64,000 nt of DNA, taken from contig NC_091289.1 in the NCBI RefSeq assembly GCF_032444005.1, positions 9,114,001-9,178,000 of the forward strand, in the 5' to 3' direction. The notes beneath the pieces were generated by a model that saw nothing but the letters and a program-made list of their open reading frames with translations, was not told the origin of the DNA and did no database searches. Shown here in pieces: positions 33,905-45,334 of this stretch. The position numbers and the translations under genes were made by a program. Position 1 is the first letter of the stretch. Every line of letters begins with the position of its first letter. Source of the stretch: Ranitomeya imitator (taxonomy: Eukaryota).

Positions 33905-35190
33905 TCACTCCGCCATTGTCCCCTCACTCTGCCATTGTCTCCTCACTCCGCCATTGTCTCCTCACTTCTCCATTGTCCCCTCACTCCGCCAGTCTCCTCA
34001 CTCCGCCATTGTCTCCTCACTCCGCCATTGTCTCCTCACTCCGCCATTGTCCCCTCACTTCTCCATTGTCTCCTCACTCCGCCATTGTCCCCTCACTCCG
34101 CCATTGTCCCCTCACTCCGCCATTGTCCCCTCACTCCGCCATTGTCCCCTCACTTCTCCATTGTCTCCTCACTCTGCCATTGTCCCCTCACTCCGCCATT
34201 GTCCCCTCACTCCGCCATTGTCCCCTCACTCCGCCATTGTCCCCTCACTTCTCCATTGTCTCCTCACTCTGCCATTGTCTCCTCACTCCGCCATTGTCCC
34301 CTCACTCCGCCATTGTCCCCTCACTCCGCCATTGTCCCCTCACTTCTCCATTGTCTCCTCACTCTGCCATTGTCTCCTCACTCCGCCATTGTCCCCTCAC
34401 TCCGCCATTGTCCCCTCACTCCGCCATTGTCCCCTCACTTCTCCATTGTCTCCTCACTCTGCCATTGTCTCCTCACTCCGCCATTGTCCCCTCACTCCGC
34501 CATTGTCCCCTCACTCCGCCATTGTCCCCTCACTTCGCCATTGTCTCCTCACTCTGCCATTGTCTCCTCACTCCGCCATTGTCCCCTCACTCCGCCATTG
34601 TCCCCTCACTCCGCCATTGTCCCCTCACTTCTCCATTGTCTCCTCACTCTGCCATTGTCCCCTCACTCTGCCATTGTCTCCTCACTCTGCCATTGTCTCC
34701 TCACTCTGCCATTGTCTCCTCACTCTGCCATTGTCCCCTCACTTCTCCATTGTCCCCACTCCGCCATTGTCTCCTCACTCCGCCATTGTCTCCTCACTCT
34801 GCCATTGTCCCCTCACTTCTCCATTGTCTCCTCACTCTGCCATTGTCCCCTCACTTCTCCATTGTCTCCTCTGCCATTGTCTCCTCACTCCGCCATTGTC
34901 TCCTCACTCTGCCATTGTCTCCTCACTTCTCCATTGTCTCCTCACTCCGCCATTGTCCCCTCACTCTGCCATTGTCCCCTCACCCTGCCATTGTCCCCTC
35001 ACCCTGCCATTGTACCCTCACCCTGCCATTGTCTCCTCACTTCTCCATTGTCTCCTCACTCTGCCATTGTCCCCTCACTCCGCCATTATCCCCTCACTTC
35101 TCCATTGTCTCCTCACTCTGCCATTGTCCCCTCACTCCGCCATTGTCCCCTCACTTCTCCATTGTCTCCTCATTCCTCCCCTCACTCCGC
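33905..35190. repeat. 19-bp pyrimidine-rich minisatellite in the last GHRL intron (CCATTGTCCCCTCACTCCG)
   Basis: About 67 units. Source of the spurious 422-486 aa ORFs. Confidence 0.97.
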
Positions 35191-35351
35191 CACGGTCTCA
35201 GGTCTGTCCATATAGGCATTGACTTGGTAGTAGGATACGTTGGCGGCCGCTGACCTATTCGTGTTCTATAACCCGGGTGACTTTCTGGACAATGAACCCT
35301 CCTCCCCAGGTTATAGCGTCACACGTGCAGCAGGAACACAGTGTTCTGTAC

Positions 35352-35463
35352 CTTCAGGGGAGCCGAGGGCGAGCAGTCCGAGCAGGAGGTTTTCTATGGC
35401 CGCTTTCTGCCTCCAGATCTGCTCCTGAGTCACCATCATGTTAACACCCAGAGGGATCGTCAC
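35352..35463 (-). CDS. GHRL: Preproghrelin exon, C-peptide/obestatin-homologous region (VTIPLGVNMMVTQEQIWRQKAAIENLLLGLLALGSPE)
   Basis: ttctctattccag acceptor and g|gtacag donor. 112 nt. Resembles the frog proghrelin C-terminal region as I recall it (TQEQ..KQRAA). Confidence 0.88.
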
Positions 35464-35482
35464 CTGGAATAGAGAAGATTAA

Positions 35483-35799
35483 AGGGAACCTGTCACCTGA
35501 ATTTGGCGGGACCGGTTTTCGGTCATATGGGCGGAGTTTTCAGGTGTTTGATTCACCCTTTCCTTACCCGCTGGCTGCAATATTGGATTGAAGTTCATTC
35601 TCTGTCCTCCGTAGTACACGCCTGCGCAAGGCAATTTTTCCTTGCGCAGGCGTGTACTACGGAGGACATAGAATGAACTTCAATCCAATATTGCGGCCAG
35701 CATGCAGCCAGCGGGTAAGGAAAGGGTGAATCAAACACCCGAAAACTCCGCCCATATGACCGAAAACCGGTCCCGCCAAATTCAGGTGACAGGTTCACT
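35483..35799. mobile_element. TTAA-flanked fold-back MITE (T2-like), 317 bp
   Basis: TTAA at 35479-35482 and 35800-35803. TIRs agggaacctgtcacctgaatttggcggg / cccgccaaattcaggtgacaggttcact. Confidence 0.93.
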
Positions 35800-35824
35800 T
35801 TAAGGTAAGACGAGGGCACGGCTC

Positions 35825-36075
35825 CAGCGGGGCCCAGACCCAACGGGAACACAGATCCAGCGGGGCCCAGACCCAACGGGAACACAGATCCAGCGGGGCC
35901 CAGACCCAACGGGAACACAGATCCAGCGGGGCCCAGACCCAACGGGAACACAGATCCAGCGGGGCCCAGACCCAACGGGAACACAGATCCAGCGGGGCCC
36001 AGACCCAACGGGAACACAGATCCAGCGGGGGCCCAGACCCAACGGGAACACAGATCCAGCGGGGGCACAGACCCA
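35825..36075. repeat. 33-bp minisatellite, about 7 near-identical units
   Basis: Repeated cagcggggcccagacccaacgggaacacagatc. Confidence 0.95.
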
Positions 36076-36133
36076 GTGGGTGCACAATTCAGGCAGCTGA
36101 ACCCCACGTTTCAGCACCCCACAATATACACAC

Positions 36134-36244
36134 CCCAATCTCTTCCTGAACCTCAGAAAGTTCGTCTGTGACATCCCCCACGGAGTCTCCGGCCTCCCTG
36201 CGGCCCATATTATTGTACTGCAGCTTTTTTGGTATTTTCTTGCC
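36134..36244 (-). CDS. GHRL: Preproghrelin exon; C-terminal half of mature ghrelin and processing site (GKKIPKKLQYNNMGRREAGDSVGDVTDELSEVQEEIG)
   Basis: ttttttccag acceptor and gtgtgt donor. 111 nt, phase 0/0. NM..RR and EEIG resemble bullfrog proghrelin. Confidence 0.9.
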
Positions 36245-36653
36245 CTGGAAAAAACTTAGAGGTAAAAAAAATCTATATACTTAATTCATTACAAAACTCC
36301 CAGAGCTGCGCTCACAATTCTGCTCACGTCACCTATCTTGGGTCTATGCTGTGAGCTGCTATAATGCACTGAAGGCAGCCTGCAGACGCCGAACCAGCAG
36401 GATCCATCAGTATGATGTACTTGCCTCAAATCTAAGGAGAAAATAGCAGAACTGTGAATGCAGCTCTGGATGCGACTAGTGTATGACATATGGTCAAATT
36501 ACAGCTATTTTTGCAGTTTTTCCCCAAGTTGTAGCTTTCTAGATATGGCAAAACTTCATCACTCTGCATGACCGGACGGCAACAGTAAAAGGATGCTGGG
36601 AGTTGCAGTTTTGCCAGAATGCTGCAGTTTGGTGATCGCTGCTCTCCACTTAC

Positions 36654-36767
36654 CGCGTTTTTCTGCATATCTGCCGGACTTAGGAAGCTCGATCCGCCCT
36701 CCACATCCTCCGTCCACAGGAGACAAAACAGGACGACGGCGCAGAGCGAAGCTTTACCCAACATCAT
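36654..36767 (-). CDS. GHRL: Preproghrelin first coding exon; signal peptide plus GSSFLSPADMQKNA
   Basis: ATG at 36767 (second ATG at 36764). Hydrophobic 24-aa signal peptide. Diagnostic GSSFLSP. gtaagt donor. Confidence 0.97.
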
Positions 36768-36893
36768 CGCTGGAGATCTGCAAAATGGGAAAAAATCCGT
36801 TACATTGAGTCCACAGCGAAAATGGTCAATACCTGGAGATGTGACGTACAAGAAGCTTCACGGGAAAGTCTTCACACCCTGAAGTCCGCGGCA

Positions 36894-36901
36894 TATTTAT
36901 A
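36894..36901 (-). promoter_or_regulatory. GHRL: Probable GHRL TATA box (TATAAATA)
   Basis: Minus-strand TATAAATA about 130 nt upstream of the ATG, followed by a candidate short non-coding exon (about 36868-36833). Confidence 0.65.
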
Positions 36902-37149
36902 GGAAAGGCCGAAGAAAAATGGAGGCGACTGAACCCACACAACGAGGGAATGACGAGAGCCGCCATTGTGACCGCAGCCGCTGTGCTGACCCCGGGGACC
37001 TGAGACTGATAGCGCAGGAGGGAGCAGGAAGAATTTCTATTATTGCTCTGATGTCGTGTTTGTCTGCGGATATTTCCATCTATATCAGAACGGAAAAGTC
37101 AGAGACGGCGAGAACAAATATGTGTCACCGAGGAACGCAGTCATGTACC

Positions 37150-40110
37150 CGAGGATCAGCAACAATGTCATCTATGTAGTGAGTGCAGCTCTGGAGGATA
37201 ATACAGGATGTAACTCAGGATCAGTAATGTATGTACACAGTGACTGCACCAGGAGAATAGTGAGTGCAGCTCTGGAGTATAATACAGGAGGTAACTCAGG
37301 ATCAGTAATGTAATGTATGTACACAGTGACTACACCAGCAGAATAGTGAGTGCAGCTCTGGAGTATAATACATGATGTAACTCAGCATCAGTAATGTAAT
37401 GTATGTACACAGTGACTGCGCCAGCAGAATAGTGAGTGCAGCTCTGGAGTATAATACAGGAGGTAACTCAGGATCAGTAATGTAATGTATGTACACAGTG
37501 ACTGCGCCAGCAGAATAGTGAGTGCAGCTCTGGGGTATAATACAGGAGGTAACTCAGGATCAGTAATGTAATGTATGTACACAGTGACTGCGCCAGCAGA
37601 ATATTGAGTGCAGCTCTGGGGTATAATACAGGATGTAACTCAGGATCAGTAATGTAATGTATATACACAGTGACTGCACCAGCACAATAGTGAGTGCAGC
37701 TCTGGAGTATAATACAGGAGATAACTCAGGATCAGTAATGTAATGTATGTACACAGTGACTGCACCAGCAGAATAGTGAGTGCAGCTCTGGGGTATAATA
37801 CAGGATGTAACTCAGGATCAGTAATGTAATGTATATACACAGTGACTGCACCAGCACAATAGTGAGTGCAGCTCTGGAGTATAATACAGGAGATAACTCA
37901 GGATCAGTAATGTAATGTATGTACACAGTGACTGCACCAGCAGAATAGTGAGTGCAGCTCTGGAGTATAATACAGGATGTAACTCAGGATCAGTAATGTA
38001 ATGTATGTACACAGTGACTGCACCAGCAGAATAGTGAGTGCAGCTCTGGGGTATAATACAAGATGTAACCCAGGATAAGTAATGTATGTACACAGTGACT
38101 GCACCAGCAGAATAGTGAATGCAGCTCTGGGATAGAATACGGGATGTAACTCAGGATCAGTAATGTAATGTATGTACACAGTGACTGCACCAGCAGAATA
38201 GTGAGTGCAGCTCTGGAGTATAATACAGGATGTAACTCAGGATCAGTAATGTATGTACACAGTGACTGCACCAGCAGAATAATGAGTGCAGCTCTGGAGT
38301 ATAATACAGGATGTAACTCAGGATCAGTAGTGTAATGTATGTACACAGTGACTGCACCAGCAGAACAGTGAGTGCAGCTCTGGAGTATAATACAGGATAA
38401 AACCCAGGATCCGTAATGTAATGTATGTACACAGTGACTGCACCAGCAGAATAGTGAGTGCAGCTCTGGAGTATAATACAGGATGTAACTCAGGATCAGT
38501 AATGTAATGTATGCACACAGTGACTGCACCAGCAGAATAGTGAGTGCAGCTCTGGAGTATAATACAGGATGTAACTCAGGATCAGTAATGTAATGTATGT
38601 ACACAGTGACTGCACCAGCAGAATAGTGAGTGCAGCTCTGGAGTATAACACAGGATGTAACTCAGGATCAGTAATGTAATGTACGTACACAGTGACTGCA
38701 CCAGCAGAATAGTGAGTGCAGCTCTGGGGTATAATACAGGATGTAACTCAGGATCAGTAATGTAATGTATGTACACAGTGACTGCACCAGCAGAATAGTG
38801 AGTGCAGCTCTGGGGTATAATACAGGATGTAACTCAGGATCAGTAATGTAATGTATGTACACAGTGACTGCACCAGCAGAATAGTGAGTGCAGCTCTGGA
38901 GTATAACACAGGATGTAACTCAGGATCAGTAATGTAATGTATGTACACAGTGACTGCACCAGCAGAATAGTGAGTGCAGCTCTGGGGTATAATACAAGAT
39001 GTAACCCAGGATAAGTAATGTATGTACACAGTGACTGCACCAGCAGAATAGTGAATGCAGCTCTGGGATAGAATACGGGATGTAACTCAGGATCAGTAAT
39101 GTAATGTATGTACACAGTGACTGCACCAGCAGAATAGTGAGTGCAGCTCTGGAGTATAATACAGGATGTAACTCAGGATCAGTAATGTAATGTATGTACA
39201 CAGTGACTCCACCAGCAGAATAGTGAGTGCAGCTCTGGGGTATAATACAGGATGTAACTCAGGATCAGTAATGTAATGTATGTACACAGTGACTGCACCA
39301 GCAGAATAGTGAGTGCAGCTCTGGAGTAAAATGCAGGAGGTAACTCAGGATCAGTAATGTGATGTATGTGCACAGTGACTGCACCAGCAGAATACTGAGT
39401 GCAGCTCTGGGGTATAATACAGGATGTAACTCAGGATCAGTAATGTAATGTATGCACACAGTGACTGCACCAGCAAAATAGTGAGTGCAGCTCTGGAGTA
39501 TAACACAGGATGTAACTCAGGATCAGTAATGTATGTACACAGTGACTGCACCAGCAGAATAATGAGTGCAGCTCTGGAGTATAATACAGGATGTAACTCA
39601 GGATCAGTAGTGTAATGTATGTACACAGTGACTGCACCAGCAGAACAGTGAGTGCAGCTCTGGAGTATAATACAGGATAAAACCCAGGATCCGTAATGTA
39701 ATGTATGTACACAGTGACTGCACCAGCAGAATAGTGAGTGCAGCTCTGGAGTATAACACAGGATGTAACTCAGGATCAGTAATGTAATGTACGTACACAG
39801 TGACTGCACCAGCAGAATAGTGAGTGCAGCTCTGGGGTATAATACAGGATGTAACTCAGGATCAGTAATGTAATGTATGTACACAGTGACTGCACCAGCA
39901 GAATAGTGAGTGCAGCTCTGGAGTATAACACAGGATGTAACTCAGGATCAGTAATGTAATGTATGTACACAGTGACTGCACCAGCAGAATAGTGAGTGCA
40001 GCTCTGGAGTATAATACAGGATGTAACTCAGGATCAGTAATGTAATGTATGTACACAGTGACTGCACCAGCAGAATAGTGAGTGCAGCTCTGGGGTATAA
40101 TGCAGGAGAT
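37150..40110 (+). repeat. 86-bp satellite array, about 34 units, between the GHRL promoter and the SEC13 3' end
   Basis: Tandem GTATAATACAGGATGTAACTCAGGATCAGTAATGTAATGTATGTACACAGTGACTGCACCAGCAGAATAGTGAGTGCAGCTCTGGA, with 81-bp deletion variants. Confidence 0.98.
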
Positions 40111-41390
40111 AAGGCATGTAATAGTAGCTTTACAGGATGTTCACCTGATGTTTATTTTCCACAGATTCTGCCCTTTGGCTGATTTTACTTCTCCACCATT
40201 AGGACAGCGCTGTGACTATGGATTAGTTTCTGTGACCCTTCTCCTTCCTGACCGCATCTTTTGTCTTCATCTATCTTCAGGTGTTCCTGTTCTCCTGTCC
40301 CCTTCTCCCCCATTGATTTTGGTGCAGATACCAGTCTAATATGGCCAGGAACTGTCCTAACTCCCTGATTCTGCATTTTTCCCATCCAATCTTTCCGTGG
40401 GCGATTCTTTTTCATTAGCATTCTGCCAGAACTATATGTGTTGGAACTTCCTGTCACACACACTGCTTCTGGCAGTGTCTGCGTTAATGGAAAGCAGCCT
40501 CCCTGTAGTGTAACAGATAGGAGTGCACATTTGCTGTATAAAGACCCTATTTCCTATAAAGATGAAGACCCCCGCCCAACCAACAAACACACAGAAAAGC
40601 TCTTCCTCTGCCCCCCACTATCTGTATCTCATCTCAGCATACCTGCTCCTATAGATGGATGACACTTAACAGGCAGCGCACAGATGGGAGACAGCGACCG
40701 ACACTTAGCAGTACTGAGACCAAGGTGTCAAAGTACGAGGGCAATTAGAAATCGGCCGACACCTTGAGCTTCTCCTGCTCTGTGACACTGACATCTACAA
40801 GTCTGTGTGGGGTGGATAGGTAGTCTGTTGTATAGCAGGTGGCACCTCCTGTGCAACAGGATTTCTGAGCCCACAGCGCAGCCATATAAAAAATATATAT
40901 ATATATAGCGATTGTAGAGATTCTGCAAATCAGAAGCTAAAGAAACATAAAATAATTCAATATTTTATTTCAAGAATTAAACAAAACGTTTACAAATAAA
41001 GAGCAAAATTTCAGTTTTATAAAATGAAACGATTGTGGGAACACCGGGCGGTCTCCATTCTGAGGCTACTATGAAGGACGTGACTTCTGGGATCACTTAA
41101 AGGGGTTTTCAAATGTGTTTTTTATTTTTAACAAGGGCTCAAGTCCGCTCTTAAAATTAAACACAAACTTGCCAGCCAACTACAACATTCATAATCCTGT
41201 GCCAATCAGCAGCTGCAGCAGGGAGGAAGCGTTCCTCAGTCCCCAAACACTCCAGATGAGGAAAGGTGAGCGGTGGGGAACGTGAGGAGCAGCACAGGAG
41301 CGGTAGGTGCTTTTTATTGTTTTTAGAGCACTTAGGCTCACGGTATAATAAAGACGACAAGTGGACAATCCCTTTAATTACCCCTTACAA

Positions 41391-41574
41391 CATGGGTGTC
41401 AAACTGCATTCCTCGAGGGCTGCAAACAGGTCATGTTTTCAGGATTTCCTTGCATTGCACAGGTGATAATTTAATCACCTGCAGAGAATGATTCCAGCAC
41501 CTTGTGCAATGCTAAGGAAATCCTGAAAACACGCATGGTTTGCTGCCCTCGAGGAATGCAGTTTGACACCCCTG
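41391..41574. mobile_element. hAT-type MITE of 184 bp, possibly within the SEC13 3' UTR
   Basis: TIRs catgggtgtcaaactgcattcctcgagggc / gccctcgaggaatgcagtttgacacccctg. 8-bp TSD ccttacaa/ccttacca. A candidate minus-strand AATAAA lies further downstream at 40964-40969. Confidence 0.9.
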
Positions 41575-41946
41575 CCTTACCATACACAAGCTCCACTAAT
41601 AACTCCCTTGAGGAGCAGCATGCCGTTGTCTACAGGACCTAGGGGGGTATAAATTAATAGAACGATCGATTAGCAGGTCCTGGTCTCCGATTCAATATGG
41701 CAGCCACCAGACGCTGAAAATCAATGTGTCAAATATTCATCTTTAAAGATCTTTGGGGTTCAGGTGTAAACCAAAAAAATCTATTGGAAAATAAGACAAA
41801 AAAAAGGTCCTAAAGTCAGATCTTAGGGAAAGGATCTGCAGTTCCATTTTGGCCATGAAAGCGTTAATAAAAGCTTTGGGGAATTGTCCTTCTGAGATTT
41901 CTATAGAGCAGAGAGTCTGAATTCGGGGTCCGGAGGCACAGAGGGG

Positions 41947-42057
41947 TCACTGCTCGTTCTGGTGTCCGTCTGTCGTCGCAGACACGGCCCCTTGTCCCTT
42001 GTTGACATCGCTGATCAGCGCCCACTGACCGTCCACCGACTCCTTCCACAAGGTCAC
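41947..42057 (-). CDS. SEC13: SEC13 exon 9 (VTLWKESVDGQWALISDVNKGQGAVSATTDGHQNEQ*)
   Basis: tttccag acceptor and stop TGA. Near-identical to the vertebrate SEC13 C-terminus. Confidence 0.97.
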   Translation of the reverse strand: MTLWKESVDGQWALISDVNKGQGAVSATTDGHQNEQ

Positions 42058-42138
42058 CTGGAAACAGGAGGAGTGAAGGGGTTAATAGAGATTACCTTAA
42101 TGTACTGGCCCGCTTGGCTCTTCCACCGTGCACCGTAC

Positions 42139-42285
42139 CTTGTTATCGCCCCCAGACACGGCCAGGATGTTGGCGGTGATGGACCAGCTCACGTGCCAGA
42201 CGACATCGTTAAATTTGTGCAGCAATTTTGGGGTCCAGCTGTTACTGGTCGGGTCGTCACAAGTCCAGATGTAAACTCTGCCGTC
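42139..42285 (-). CDS. SEC13: SEC13 exon 8 (DGRVYIWTCDD...ILAVSGGDNK)
   Basis: 147 nt, GT-AG bounded, WD40 repeat. Confidence 0.97.
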
Positions 42286-42365
42286 CTGCAAAAAGACGAG
42301 AGATTCAGGAAACGACACGCAGACCCCTCCACCATCACACCACGGACCACCCTGGACGGTGTTAC

Positions 42366-42486
42366 CTGAGAACAGCTGGCGATGGTGCTGGTAGGGAGAC
42401 CGATGGAGGGGGCCCAGGCCACGTCCCGCACCCAGTCACTGTGCGCCTCCAGCTTCTGATCTTCCTTCCATTGCCCGTCCTCTTCC
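42366..42486 (-). CDS. SEC13: SEC13 exon 7 (EEDGQWKEDQKLEAHSDWVRDVAWAPSIGLPTSTIASCSQ)
   Basis: 121 nt, GT-AG bounded, phase-consistent. Confidence 0.97.
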
Positions 42487-43296
42487 CTGCGGCACAAGCA
42501 GAGGTCCGGTTACATCGGCCGTTATCACCTCTATATATTCCTGCCGTATACCTGCTTCATTCACACATTTCCTCAAGAATCATCCAAAGTTAGTGAGGAT
42601 TTATGGCAGAAGATTGGGTACATAACAACCCCAAACGCTGTTCTCCCCTCTCCTGACGCTTCTTTTTGCCAATCTCGTCCATGTGACCGATGCCGCAATG
42701 ACATTAATGCAGAAGGTCGTGTTATACGGAGACCAGGGGAGGCGAGCGGCGCCATATTTCCTCCAATTTACCCAATGTACACCAGAAATTCTGCTTCAAA
42801 ATCTGCAACAACGGCGGCTTGTTGTGGAGTCTCGATATCACTGCTGAATTGGGAAAATCCGTGACATAAATGGACACGGATGTAATTTCCCAGTGTCTGG
42901 GTGAAGTTTTTCATCCACTATGTTACTTTTCTGTGGACTGCAAACGTCCACCTGGGGGAGATTCTGCAGCGGATACAGCACATGTGAACATGGCCTAACG
43001 GTCTGATTCTTACGTATGACACCCAGGACACGACTTCTCTGTCCTACCGCTAAGACTTCCAGAAAGCTGCCATGACCAATGCAATGACATGAGGTACGGA
43101 CTGTGGGCGACCGTCCATCTGCTCCTCAGTACTGAGGCAGAACACATGCTGCGACCACAGGAGCTCGACAGGTATCGCAGTGCTATGGGGACCCGCATCA
43201 TGCCCAGCAGTACAGCTGCAGCCCCCTGTAACCTGAAGTAATGGGGGATTGACTTCACTTATATAAGTCGCAGGTAAAACCTAAGTTGTCACTTAC

Positions 43297-43430
43297 CTCC
43301 AGATCTTTACCAGGTTGTCGCATCCCCCGGAGACAAACCTCTTGATGTAGTTTGGCCTCTGCCCAGACGGCTGATCCACTAAACTGCCCGGGACGACAGA
43401 GGGGGCCCAGCTGACCGCGTTACACCCGAT
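43297..43430 (-). CDS. SEC13: SEC13 exon 6 ([10 protein letters not shown]...[15 protein letters not shown])
   Basis: 134 nt, gtaagt donor. Confidence 0.96.
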
Positions 43431-43566
43431 CTATATGTGACAGGTACAGGAACGTCTACACTGAGGCCGCAGTATGCCCCATGGGGGTCATCTTATCTAA
43501 AGTGCTTGCACTGCCCCCTACTGGTGTGATATAGTAGGGTAAATCTGCTTATTTACTGGCACTTAC

Positions 43567-43700
43567 CGTGTGAGCGTTGCTGATTTTTTTTACGTCCCAG
43601 GGGCCGTCACCCGTATAGGTGAGGAGGGAAATGGCGCCATCTGAACTGCCGCAGGCCAACATCAGCCCAAAGTCATGAGGGGCCCAGCACACAGAATTCA
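43567..43700 (-). CDS. SEC13: SEC13 exon 5 (V-NSVCWAPHDFGLMLACGSSDGAISLL...SNAHT)
   Basis: 134 nt, gtaagt donor. Confidence 0.96.
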
Positions 43701-43838
43701 CTGAACCGGACACAAAACAGAGTTAAAAACTGCAAGTGTCGTCCGATATCAGAACAGTTCATGGGGAGGGGAGGCAACAAGTGCAGACCACCACAAGTGC
43801 TGCACTACTACCCCCATCATACAGCCAGGCGTCATCAC

Positions 43839-43990
43839 CTGAAGAGTCGTGGCCGGTGTACTCGTACGTCTTGTCCCAGGTCCCGTTCTCTTCTTTCCAT
43901 ATAATAACCTTACGGTCATAGGAGCAGGACGCCAGGATGTTTCCGTACATGGGATGAGCCCAGGCCACCTGCCACACCGGCCCCTCGTGT
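43839..43990 (-). CDS. SEC13: SEC13 exon 4 ([34 protein letters not shown]...GHDSS)
   Basis: 152 nt, GT-AG bounded. Confidence 0.97.
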
Positions 43991-44492
43991 CTGCAACGCA
44001 AATCCGAAAGTTGTGAAACAATGGAAAAAAAAAAAAAAACACAACCTGCAGCCTTTAGAACTAACTTTTAGCAATTTTTAAGTTTGACAGAACAAAAAAA
44101 CTTTTTGGAAGTGATTGTAGTAAATGTTAATTTTAATATTTCCAGCCTCACTCTGCTGATCACATCTACAATGTGTGGTGTACTGTGTACTACTAGTCAT
44201 GGCGGACGCCATTTATGTTAAATGATCGGGATCAGAGGAGATGAAGCCTTCCTTAATCCCGGACATACGACATTTAGCGACTGTGCACATTGGTGTGCAG
44301 CTGCATGAAGGAGGGGGACAGACCGATGGCACATCCCCTGGAATACATGGGGGTCCGACCACTGAAACGGACGCCAATCCTGACAACTGGGGTCGTTTAT
44401 TCTCCGGGGCCTGTTTTTAGCATTATTGGCTTCTCGTCAGAGTTTGGTCTGGTGACTGTGATCTGTGTTACGTAAAGATCGGCCTCGCTCAC

Positions 44493-44608
44493 CCCCGCAG
44501 ATCAGCAATCAGGATCTGACCGCCATTTTTTACATCAAAGATCTTCACAGATCGGTCGGAGGAGCAGGTGGCCAGACGAATGCCGTAATAATCCATCTGA
44601 GCATCGTG
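44493..44608 (-). CDS. SEC13: SEC13 exon 3 ([39 protein letters not shown])
   Basis: 116 nt, gtgagc donor. Confidence 0.97.
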
Positions 44609-45246
44609 CTGAAAGAAAAACAAAAGCGGAACATTCTCGTAAATCGTCCAAATACACAAAGGACTAACATGGTAGAAAGGACTCAAAAGGGGCGTGAAGG
44701 GTAACACCGGCAATACTGACGGCAGGGTAAGAGACACAGGTTCTGACCACCAGAGCCTAGAACACAGCATGTCGTGCACTGTGAACACCAGGGGGCAGCA
44801 ATGTGCACGTCCACTTAATGGACCAAGTCATGGTGGTTGCACATGATCAATATCTCTCCCCAGGTCTCTGCATAGTGACCCTCTGCTCACTGCATGCACC
44901 CAATAGGAATAGCTTTCTCCCTAATTGTCAGGGAAGGAGAAAACTCGGCAGCACACGGTAGTACAGATGAGCTCCTACAGGGGAAGTAAGAAACAGCGAC
45001 ATTGTCAGCTGCCAGAGGGGGATGTAGACTCATTCTGACAAGAGCAAACCCCCAGCAGAACAAAGGGGGACACATAGGAGCAATAGAGGTGCGTGTGCAG
45101 CAGCCATTAGCAGCATTTAGGGCTCCTCACTTTACATTGTGGTGTTTGCACTGGCTGTCGAATGCTGCTCGTTTCCTGTACACAGCACCAGATGAAATCT
45201 CTACAGAAAGGTAAATGTCAGATAAGAAGCCGGATGGTCCACTCAC

Positions 45247-45291
45247 AATCATATCCTCGTGGGAGGTGTCCACATTGTTGATTACAGAAAC
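45247..45291 (-). CDS. SEC13: SEC13 exon 2 (VSVINNVDTSHEDMI)
   Basis: 45 nt. ttttctcag acceptor and gtgagt donor. Confidence 0.96.
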
Positions 45292-45334
45292 CTGAGAAAA
45301 GAAAGATTGGAGTTCAGATGACTGTGCGAGTACA

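Noticed and set aside
33793-35253. Three overlapping Pro/Ser/His-rich ORFs of 422-486 aa
   Set aside because: Translations of the 19-bp minisatellite in a GHRL intron.
36289-36489. Minus-strand segment after an AG at about 36431, considered as the second ghrelin coding exon
   Set aside because: No ghrelin similarity in any frame and it contains satellite relics. The exon at 36134-36244 fits much better.
37150-40110. Regular 86-bp periodicity resembling a CRISPR array or a family of 64-aa ORFs
   Set aside because: No unique spacers, no cas genes and a eukaryotic context. I also found no hammerhead core or convincing Pol III A/B boxes in the unit.
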